Translations under genes and position numbers: made by a program
The notes under the pieces: generated by a model
What the model saw: only the letters and a program-made list of their open reading frames with translations
Database searches by the model: none
Told to the model about the DNA's origin: nothing
Shown: piece after piece, positions 49,601 through 58,001 of the stretch
Position numbering within the stretch: position 1 is the first letter of the stretch
Layout of the letters: every line of letters begins with the position of its first letter
Origin: a virus
Length of the DNA: 64,000 nucleotides
Reading direction: 5' to 3' (one strand)
Virus record (IMG/VR): IMGVR_UViG_3300008255_000115
Span: 1 to 64,000 of that record

Positions 49601-52600
49601 CATCTGTTAAAAATGCATATTTTGGACAAGGTTTATATTCAACACCATCTGCAGTAGCAGGAGAAACTACAAATATAAATGATCAAGATGCTTTATTATT
49701 ATTACAAAGTATTGATGGAATTATATCTGAATATCAAGATGAAAGAAATTTACAACTTCAAATTAATTCACCAGGAGATACAAGATATACTAGTGCTATT
49801 TTTACTAATCCAGAAAAATATTTAAAAGAAGTATATAATATTGCACGTAACAAGTTCATAGATAAGTATGAAGAATTTAATATAAAAATAGAAAAAGCAA
49901 ATGAAGAAGAGAAACCTATTCTTATTGAAAGAAGAAACCTTTTAGAAGATGCTCTTACAAACTTTGGAGACCCAAATAACCCAATCAAAGGAGGAGGTCT
50001 TCTTGCATTTCATATAAAGAAAAGTCCTTATATGAGTACATATACAAAGGATTTAGATAGAGAAGCTTTTGAAAAAACTGAAGAAGATATTACAGCAACT
50101 AGATATGATATCAAAGGTAATGAATTATCTAAAATAGATCTGGCTTCTAATAGGGTATCTTACTTAATTAAAAGTATAAAAAAATATGATACAGATGGCA
50201 ATCAAGTTAAAAATGAATTAGATTTTCCAGTATTAATGGAATTGAATGAAACATTTGGAAAGATAGCAAGTATCATTGGAGATAATAATAATAGTCCTGC
50301 AGAAATAAGAACAGTTTTATTAAAAGCAGTTTCTGAAAATCCTTGGGTTGATGCATTAGTAAGAAAGTTAGGTCCAACATTAAGTCCTCATCATTCAGTA
50401 AATGATTTATGGACAGGATTCTGGGCAGCTTTCTATATGTCAAATCAGAAACTCCACCAAACAATGATTAACGAGATATCAGATCCTAAAACAAGATCAA
50501 AGTCTTATGAAGTTTTAACAGGATATGCTTCTGCAGTATTTAGACAAGCAGAGAGAGATTTTAGAAGTCACTTTAAAATTAGTGATCACCCAAATCCTTT
50601 TATTATTGATAATGGTGTATTTGGTAATAAACTTGATAGTAAATCCATACTTGATAAGTATAAAGGTAAACTATATAAAAGAGAATTTGAATTTTTAAAA
50701 GATATAGGTATTCCTTTAACAGATACAAAAGACACTAGAGAAGGTCTTAAAAATATTAACTTAGAATATTTGTTAGATAAAATTGAAATGTTACATATAA
50801 AAAATGTACCAATAACAGATATTATTCAATCTTTAAGAGATCCTTATATATTTAAAACAGCTACTGGAGAAATACATATAAAAAGTGAATCTAGTAATAT
50901 TAATAAAATCTTAGGTTTAGAAGTTAAACATTCAGGAAACTATTCTAATGCATCTGTACTTACAGCAATTGGAAATGTGGCATATGAAACAAGTATGATG
51001 TCAACTATTGCTGTTCAAATAAAAGCAATAAATGAATCAGAAACTTTTCAAGATCTAATAAATATTCCATATATGTCTTACTTAGATTATAAAAATAATC
51101 CATCTGTAAGAGCTTCAGTAAGACTTAGATCATTATATGAGTTTGACCCAAATACTCAAACTTTTGGTAAAAGGAGAAAAGATGTAATATTTACTTTAGA
51201 TAATTTAGATGGTACACAAAATATAATAGATAACTCATATACTGATAAAGATTATAGTAGTACAACTTCTAAATCTGACAAGTATACAAGGTTAATGCAA
51301 GATATTTATTCATTGTTTCTAGAAGGTAAACCTTCAGGTATTACTCCAGGAGACAAAAGTACTATTTTAAGTGCTAATATTAATACAATATATACTGAAG
51401 GTAATGATAAACATTTATATGTAGACCTTGGTGACTTTGGTAAAAAAGGAGGACAAGTTAATCTAGGTATTGAAAGAGCTTATAATATCTTATTACCATA
51501 TTTAGAAGGTGAACTTCAAAGAATTATTGATGTACAAAAACATCAAGAAGAAAGTTTCCTACCTAATATAGAAGGATATACTAGTCCTGATAAAAATAAA
51601 AATATTTCAGGATTAGACTTCTCAGCTTTTAAAGGAGTATTTAAAAAAGAAACTAAAGATAAATTATTAGAATTATATAAGGCAACAACAAACTTAAAAA
51701 ATATACCTTCAACATTACGTACAGAAATGCTTAAGGATATGCAAGAATATTTCAATTTTACTACTGCACAAACCAAAACTACATTAGATAGAATGTTATT
51801 TATTGATAAAAACTTAGCAGGACTAGTAGAGAAAGGGCTTGGTGAAGTTGTAAATTCTATTGAAGTAAGTAATATAATACTTAAGGCTTATACTGTTAAC
51901 AAATTCATACATAATCTAGATGATGTTACATTATTTTATGGAGATCTTGCACAATATAAAGATCTTGATAAAAGAGGTTCAGCTTTAAATTCTACAGGTA
52001 GAATGTTTAGAACAGATGATGATGCGTTATCTTATGTTAATGATGTATTAAAAAGACCTTATGCTACAAAGAATAAAGTAAATAAGTATAAAAAATTTGA
52101 TGGAACTCTTGAAACAGCAATATTAGCTGAGGATATAGAAAGATCAGTATTCTATGAAGAATATGAAGAAACTTTAAAAGATGCTAATGTATCAGATGAA
52201 GAGATAAAACGTATTCTAAAACCATATGAAAAAATGGAAACAGGAGATGCTCAAGGTTATATTACTTTTGATTCATACAGAATTCTTTCTAAACTAAGTA
52301 ATAGATGGAGTGATCAGCAAGAAGCTTTATATCAACAAGAAATTAATGACCCAAATTCTGTTAGTAAAAAAAATATGTTGGAATATTTTCCTGTTAGAAA
52401 ATATCAATACTTTGGACCACTTGCAGTTCAAGGCATACACACTACAGCTTTTCATAAATTCTCTTTACTTCCACTTATACCTAGTGTTATAAAAGGTAGA
52501 AAGTTAGAAGAACTTCATAATAATATGATGAATAATGGAATTGATTATGCAACTTTTAAAACAGGTTCTAAAGTAGGAACTGTTGTTGCACCAGGAACAA

Positions 52601-55600
52601 TAGGAGGAGATAAGTTATATAATACAGATAAAACTATTGCACCAACGAAATATACAAAAAATACAATATATTTAAACTATCTTAAAGATCAACTAGATAT
52701 TAATTCAGAATATAAAGAAAAAGTAATTTTCTCTACTCAGTTAAGAGCTTTAATTGAGGAAGGTTTAATTGAAGGTGGAGTACCTGTTGATTTTAAACCA
52801 GAACTATCTCTAGATGAAAGAGTTGAGCTTTGGGAAAAATCACCAGAAGAAACAGATTTATATAAAGTATATAAAAAGCATGAAGATAATATTAATAAAC
52901 TTATTAAATTTAGAAAAGCAGAATTAAGAAAGGAGTTAGGTTCAACAGAAGAAGAACTAACTAGTGGAAAAGGAAATATGGCTAAATTAGTAAGATTTAT
53001 ACAAAAGGAATTAGATCGTCAAGATCTTGCAGATCATGAAATAGATTTTATTAAAGAAAAAGATGGCAAATTAGTAAGGGATTTATCAATCTCTCCAATT
53101 GCTTCTAAAATTGAAAAAGCTCTCAATGCTATAGTTAACAATAGATTAGTAAGACAAAAAGTTAATGGTGAATCTTTAGTTCAAGTAACTAACTCAATGT
53201 GGGAACCAACTAGTAGTTCAGCTGAAGAAAAATTAAGCTGGGGAACTAAGGATCTCAAGACTTATAGAAGAGATAAATCTAAACAAACTCTTAATTCTTC
53301 TCAAATATACTCTCAACTAGGAACTAAAACTCAATTTGAGAATGTAGTTATTGATGAAGTAAATGGTAGAAAACCTGCTATTAAGGGTAATTTAACATTA
53401 ACTAAAAAGAATTTATTTACTGTAAAACCAGTTCAATCAGCTGATAAAAAAGCTATTATAAAAGCAAGTGTTGCTACACAATATATAGGATTTGGAAAAG
53501 GTATTGATAATAGTTCTACAGAATTATATAGACAACAAGCGGAGCAATATGCTAATACAGGAAATTACTCATCTAATGATGTGATATTTGTATCTATTGG
53601 TGGTAAAAGAGGAGATGAACAAGTTAGAAAAAAACAACAAGATAAGACCATTAAGGAAGCATTAAAAGCTATTGAAGCAGGAGCTACTTTAATTACAGAT
53701 AATAAAAATTATGTAGAGTCTTCTAATTATAATGAAGGAGAAAAGAGACTTGCAAAAAATCTTGAGTCTAAAGGTTATAATTATTCAGAAAAAACTATTA
53801 ATAATCAGATATTAGGTGTTTGGAGTAAAAACCAATCTTCCAAACCAATAGTAGCATACAGAACAAGAGGTAATAACTTCTTAGAAGCACTTGAAAAAGA
53901 TAATGCTATTGGTAATCCTTGGAGTCATGCAGGGTATAGTTTATATAAAACTAATACAGTAAAAGAAGCAGTAGAAGAATTTATAGCTTGGATGACAGGT
54001 GAAAAACATACTGATAAATTACAAGACTATAGGCAAGCTATTATTGATAAAATACCTGAAATGAAAGATAAACCTATTCTTTATTATAAAGATTTAAGAG
54101 AACCTTCTCATGCTACTGCTTTAGATTATTTGATTAATAAATATGATTGGAATATTCAACCATCTACTAGTAAAACATTAGGTATGGATGTTAAAGTTGC
54201 ACTGCAAGGTAACTTTAAAAACCTTATTCATCTTGTTCATAAAGATGGTAAAAAAGTAGCTATATACAACAAAAGAAAAAAAGAAGATGCTCAAGGTAAT
54301 ATTATATTTACTAGGGAATTAGATTCAGATGCCACTTTAGAAAGACTTAATGAAACAATTAAAGATCCTGAATGGAGATCTAATCAAGATAATCTAGACA
54401 TGATTACTATGGTAGGTGTTAGAATACCAGTACAAGCTCATAACTCAATGGAGTTTATGACAGTATATGAATTCTTACCAGAAAGAGCAGGTAATATAAT
54501 AGTTCCTCCTGCTGAAATTGTAGCTAAATCTGGATCTGATTTTGATATTGATAAGCTAACTATAATGATGCCTAGTATTAGCATAATTGGAGGCATTCCT
54601 GAAATTATAAAAGAACAGACTGGGGATCCAGTAAATAAACTTAAAAGAACAGATCAAATAACTGAAGAACTTAAAGAATTAAGAATTAAAAAGTCTTCAA
54701 TACAAGAAGAAGTTACAGCTAAATTTAAGGAGGTATCTCCTAAAGATTTAACTGAAGATGATAAAGCAGAAATAAGAATTGCTCATAAATATTTTGATGA
54801 AGAAATTGGAGAACTAAAAAAAGAACTTAAAACTTATGAAAATAATGTAACATTATTAACTAACATGACTAACCTAAATGAGGAACAACAAGAACTATTA
54901 GGTAGATCATGGGTAGGTATTGATGAAGTAAATAAGTATATTGATATCATGGAAACTGAGCGTAGAAACACAGTAAATGATATTAGACAAGAAATGCGTC
55001 AAGAGAAAATTGATACCATAGATACTAGTAAACTTAAAGCTATATCTTCAGCAATAAATAAACTTGAGAAAGAAAAGAATTCCTTAAGTGGAAAAGCTCT
55101 TGAGAATAATTTAATGTTTACTATAAGAGATATATTACAGTTACCAATTAACTATATTAATTTATTCACTCCTAATGATACATCACTTGTAAGACCTTTA
55201 GCAGAACAATTATCTAAAAACAGAGATTATAATGAACTAGATGGAGTCTTTGGTAAAACAAAAACTAGAGATGCAACTAAATATTTAGAACCAGCATATA
55301 ACATTTCTGTACATGATAGAAATGCTGTAGGTAAAGATACATTAGGTTTAGGAGCAGTTGATAATAAATATAATCCTATATTCAATCGTATAGGTATGTA
55401 CATGAATCCATATTACTTAAAAGGTATTAAGAAAAGACTAAGAAGAGCTATTATATTAATGGAACATAATACTAGACAAACAGAAGATGGACAAAGAGGT
55501 ATATCATTATCACACTTATATGATTTTAATAATGAAAATAGGATAGCTAATGTCATTAGTCAATTGATGAATGGTTGGGTTGATGTAGCAAAAGATGCTT

Positions 55601-57999
55601 GGATATTTGACATTCAAGGTAATAAACAAGTATCTCCAATATTATTATTTTTAATTCAAGCTGGAGTGCCTTTCCGTACAGCTGTTTATTTTGTTTCTAA
55701 TCCTCTTATTAAAGAATATGTTAAAGAGCAAATTATAGCTACAAGTCCGTTTGCAAAACCTAATAGAGAAAATCCTAAATCAATATCTTTTTATAGAAAT
55801 AAAGCTAAAATAAAAATATTTGATAGTATTAGGCTAGGTGGAGTAACCAGATTAAATGAACAAAACATAAGAATTATTGATGATAATAAACTTTATAAAA
55901 CAACTCTTAATTTTACTAAGAATATAGAGTTTACTAAAGATAGTAATTATAATATTTCACAAGTAAGTTTATATGAGGCACAACATTCAAAACAAGCTAT
56001 AGCTGGATTTTTACATTATTTAGAATTAGAAGACCTTTCAAAAGGTGTAAGTAAATTAAAACTGACTCTTAACTATGACACAAGTAAATCTAATAGTTTA
56101 TTTGATGCTCAAATGATAGAGGCTAATTTAATAGAATTACAAACTCAAACAATGTTTCATCCTAAATTTATTAAAGCTATATTAGATGAATCACCTATAG
56201 GTAGTTTTAGAATTGCTCCTTTTCAATTAGAATTATTTGGACCTTTATTTGAAATAAGAAACAACACAACACTTAATAACTTTTTAATTAATAAGTTATC
56301 AGAAATGAAGAATATTAAAAAGATGGAAAATGTTTTTGGTACTACAGAAAGATATATTGAGGAATATCAAAATGATGTTGTTGTAAAGATCTTTACAGAT
56401 AATCTTAAAAAATATAGAATTAGTGACACAACATATAAAGGTCATGAAGTTATAGGAACTAAAGATGAAAAACAGATATTTCCAAGAGGTGCTTTTTATT
56501 CAATTGAAAATAATAAAATATATATAGATAAGCAAACTCTTGATATGCAATATGAGCATGATTTGTATTCTAACAATTATAAGACTGGTACTACTATTCT
56601 TAATATTGCTTTACGTGATATAACATATGGTAAACTTGATTTGGCTAAAGTACCTATTGAAGCATTTAAAACAAGTGAAAATTCTAGAGAAGAATACTAT
56701 CATTTTGTTATTGAAAGAGAATACCAAAGAGCTCTTAATCCATTTGCTGAATTAAGTAAAACTCATTATTTTAAGTATAAATTTAATAAAAATATAGAAA
56801 AATATAAAGGACTAATTAATTTAACAGGAGAAGAATTAACAAATGAATTACTTAAAAGAACCTACGAAGAGATCCTAAGAGACACTGCATTAGATAATAT
56901 TATGAACTTCTGGAAGATATTTAAAAGTAAAAATACTTTTGCAGATCAACTTTATGAGTTAAAAGAAATGCATCCTAATCTTATGAAATATAATATTGTA
57001 AAAGATTTGGTTATATCTGAAGCTACTAATAAAACAAAAACTTTAGAGGGAGAAGAAAAAGAATATATTATTTTTAAAAATATTGTATTAAGAGATAATA
57101 GAGTAACTGAAGATTTGTTTAACATTTACTATAATAATATGCTTAAGCTCTCTGATGCAAGTACTATTAGTATTTCCATTAGTAAAGATAATACTGAACA
57201 AGATTACATAGAAAATAAACGTGTATCTAAATTTTTCTCTAAATTACCTTTAGTGGCTTTCTTACAATCTGGATTAAATACTAAAGATAGTCTCTCCATT
57301 ATGAGAGCTATGCCTACTGATGACATTGTTGCTATAGTTCAAGAAGAAGCTAAGTCATTTAAAATAACTGAAGATTTTTTAACTAATTTCATGTATAAAT
57401 TTAATTTCCAAAATAGAATTCAAAATATATCTGTAAGAAGAAGATTAAAAGATTATGTAACACAAGACTCAAATAATATTCCTAATAGACAATTAGCTGA
57501 AGAACATGAAGAAAAAGACTTAATTATAGATCCACTAGATAGAAAAAGCTTAGAAACATTTATTAGTAACAATCCAAATGTTATCTTTGTACTTGAAAGT
57601 TCTAATATTAATCCAGAGTTTGGTACAGGATCATTTAAAAATGATAACATTGTAACACTAGAACTTAAATCGGGAAAAGAAGCTATAGATATGTCATTAG
57701 ATAATATAGAAAAACTATCTAAAGCAGGTACACCAATAGCTTTTTTAAATAGAAGTATTGGATATGGTAGAATCCTTACTAAAAAGAATAAAAAAACAGG
57801 TCAAATGATTGACCAACAAATGTATGAGTATTTAACTACAGAATTATTTTCAAGATTTGGATATGAAAATTCATATAGTAGATCAGTTAATGAAATAAAA
57901 GAACTTATTCAAAAATCACAAGAAGTTAGTGACTTTGATTTGAACATATCCTTTGATGATCTTGCTGAAGCAAGAGAAAGATTAAATTGTAAATTATAA
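46672..57999 (+). CDS. virion-packaged two-barrel RNA polymerase polyprotein with zincin and other inserted domains
   Basis: RIPVQAHNSM...SGSDFDIDKL (DFDID at 54538-54552, the catalytic motif of phi14:2 gp66-type RNAPs); DAQGYI; HEYQH and HEAFH zincin motifs. Confidence 0.9.
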   Translation: MNCILDGSDYEELFIIAHGALTDSKNNNKPFDLNQEIKDLYEAFKDDQAYAIGLVQAYPSQLVMALTHTRELSKYHRSKGLTLDLLEDLTDTFEDINAVSKYLSPDQADKESIDAIDDSIKDQAEKPTILPKLTPDQIDKQTAILTNLVKEFIFKGVSGMATTGQQALLDPSGKWTQEKNPELDFYYKFFKVFNEEFLGVQDPEKVTINGHTGFKLKILSKTQIDIEVAKPYDQRLVKGEEAYPAVRGQAIYHGGIAVAVTDNNGDVLYFDEHYNVVGKNKGGKPIYYNVRFIKKEGDTYTTDSDIQSVQEMANNLGISPEVAHSLRQAEFKALYDLRNYINEKRKENSVLLNITGVSQGVLNIRKNLPTDIDTSINSINWDKSDIDLNIKIAKRDAPEAGERKGGLYISIPGHRSIPIQANNLSQEDIDKVLDLILDPSITDENGLPITADVKVKLIEYIILTEDGSLQVMDRKGKFIALFQGKQITPEMRQEIKDFLNIKYINPNTGQPTQYNHTRGQYTFKEPTAGNIFEEFTINDGKLIRTPIDLEQHVANHSSMKIIPNTLGKDKVITFLNGYFTFNIDSQDSNKIEKLTTSKKDTKESTTVKLYREIPVLDVNDIITQEGTKGAAVYNKKDKIIKVNRKLLKEKYAQKAWTNPRELTETLDGRNVKSFAQPLHEDQFPTYEQFEQFVIEHEYQHSQLSRAQFQKSNPNSTKGQYETEINDRALFTLSLHDNIPLFFSGKNDLGNINSSEENNEPQEKVKIFKKNNVEIKDDDGLTMNRIIPMKSQPEQIAAAKEWFDASPLSKHIKYKELFNVVNSNAWAEFINGGIKLYAGSDYTVLYHEAFHAFTQHFLSKEQKVKLYKETAILAQGKKAIKDYAKSKNVSIDKLSDYQKYLAIEELLAEGFREYVLSDGKVLGQNPVSNSIFRNILDFLKELFGIKLSQSQIITDKVLLNIEDLYAQLHIGNINNYRPSVKNAYFGQGLYSTPSAVAGETTNINDQDALLLLQSIDGIISEYQDERNLQLQINSPGDTRYTSAIFTNPEKYLKEVYNIARNKFIDKYEEFNIKIEKANEEEKPILIERRNLLEDALTNFGDPNNPIKGGGLLAFHIKKSPYMSTYTKDLDREAFEKTEEDITATRYDIKGNELSKIDLASNRVSYLIKSIKKYDTDGNQVKNELDFPVLMELNETFGKIASIIGDNNNSPAEIRTVLLKAVSENPWVDALVRKLGPTLSPHHSVNDLWTGFWAAFYMSNQKLHQTMINEISDPKTRSKSYEVLTGYASAVFRQAERDFRSHFKISDHPNPFIIDNGVFGNKLDSKSILDKYKGKLYKREFEFLKDIGIPLTDTKDTREGLKNINLEYLLDKIEMLHIKNVPITDIIQSLRDPYIFKTATGEIHIKSESSNINKILGLEVKHSGNYSNASVLTAIGNVAYETSMMSTIAVQIKAINESETFQDLINIPYMSYLDYKNNPSVRASVRLRSLYEFDPNTQTFGKRRKDVIFTLDNLDGTQNIIDNSYTDKDYSSTTSKSDKYTRLMQDIYSLFLEGKPSGITPGDKSTILSANINTIYTEGNDKHLYVDLGDFGKKGGQVNLGIERAYNILLPYLEGELQRIIDVQKHQEESFLPNIEGYTSPDKNKNISGLDFSAFKGVFKKETKDKLLELYKATTNLKNIPSTLRTEMLKDMQEYFNFTTAQTKTTLDRMLFIDKNLAGLVEKGLGEVVNSIEVSNIILKAYTVNKFIHNLDDVTLFYGDLAQYKDLDKRGSALNSTGRMFRTDDDALSYVNDVLKRPYATKNKVNKYKKFDGTLETAILAEDIERSVFYEEYEETLKDANVSDEEIKRILKPYEKMETGDAQGYITFDSYRILSKLSNRWSDQQEALYQQEINDPNSVSKKNMLEYFPVRKYQYFGPLAVQGIHTTAFHKFSLLPLIPSVIKGRKLEELHNNMMNNGIDYATFKTGSKVGTVVAPGTIGGDKLYNTDKTIAPTKYTKNTIYLNYLKDQLDINSEYKEKVIFSTQLRALIEEGLIEGGVPVDFKPELSLDERVELWEKSPEETDLYKVYKKHEDNINKLIKFRKAELRKELGSTEEELTSGKGNMAKLVRFIQKELDRQDLADHEIDFIKEKDGKLVRDLSISPIASKIEKALNAIVNNRLVRQKVNGESLVQVTNSMWEPTSSSAEEKLSWGTKDLKTYRRDKSKQTLNSSQIYSQLGTKTQFENVVIDEVNGRKPAIKGNLTLTKKNLFTVKPVQSADKKAIIKASVATQYIGFGKGIDNSSTELYRQQAEQYANTGNYSSNDVIFVSIGGKRGDEQVRKKQQDKTIKEALKAIEAGATLITDNKNYVESSNYNEGEKRLAKNLESKGYNYSEKTINNQILGVWSKNQSSKPIVAYRTRGNNFLEALEKDNAIGNPWSHAGYSLYKTNTVKEAVEEFIAWMTGEKHTDKLQDYRQAIIDKIPEMKDKPILYYKDLREPSHATALDYLINKYDWNIQPSTSKTLGMDVKVALQGNFKNLIHLVHKDGKKVAIYNKRKKEDAQGNIIFTRELDSDATLERLNETIKDPEWRSNQDNLDMITMVGVRIPVQAHNSMEFMTVYEFLPERAGNIIVPPAEIVAKSGSDFDIDKLTIMMPSISIIGGIPEIIKEQTGDPVNKLKRTDQITEELKELRIKKSSIQEEVTAKFKEVSPKDLTEDDKAEIRIAHKYFDEEIGELKKELKTYENNVTLLTNMTNLNEEQQELLGRSWVGIDEVNKYIDIMETERRNTVNDIRQEMRQEKIDTIDTSKLKAISSAINKLEKEKNSLSGKALENNLMFTIRDILQLPINYINLFTPNDTSLVRPLAEQLSKNRDYNELDGVFGKTKTRDATKYLEPAYNISVHDRNAVGKDTLGLGAVDNKYNPIFNRIGMYMNPYYLKGIKKRLRRAIILMEHNTRQTEDGQRGISLSHLYDFNNENRIANVISQLMNGWVDVAKDAWIFDIQGNKQVSPILLFLIQAGVPFRTAVYFVSNPLIKEYVKEQIIATSPFAKPNRENPKSISFYRNKAKIKIFDSIRLGGVTRLNEQNIRIIDDNKLYKTTLNFTKNIEFTKDSNYNISQVSLYEAQHSKQAIAGFLHYLELEDLSKGVSKLKLTLNYDTSKSNSLFDAQMIEANLIELQTQTMFHPKFIKAILDESPIGSFRIAPFQLELFGPLFEIRNNTTLNNFLINKLSEMKNIKKMENVFGTTERYIEEYQNDVVVKIFTDNLKKYRISDTTYKGHEVIGTKDEKQIFPRGAFYSIENNKIYIDKQTLDMQYEHDLYSNNYKTGTTILNIALRDITYGKLDLAKVPIEAFKTSENSREEYYHFVIEREYQRALNPFAELSKTHYFKYKFNKNIEKYKGLINLTGEELTNELLKRTYEEILRDTALDNIMNFWKIFKSKNTFADQLYELKEMHPNLMKYNIVKDLVISEATNKTKTLEGEEKEYIIFKNIVLRDNRVTEDLFNIYYNNMLKLSDASTISISISKDNTEQDYIENKRVSKFFSKLPLVAFLQSGLNTKDSLSIMRAMPTDDIVAIVQEEAKSFKITEDFLTNFMYKFNFQNRIQNISVRRRLKDYVTQDSNNIPNRQLAEEHEEKDLIIDPLDRKSLETFISNNPNVIFVLESSNINPEFGTGSFKNDNIVTLELKSGKEAIDMSLDNIEKLSKAGTPIAFLNRSIGYGRILTKKNKKTGQMIDQQMYEYLTTELFSRFGYENSYSRSVNEIKELIQKSQEVSDFDLNISFDDLAEARERLNCKL

Positions 58000-58001
58000 T
58001 T

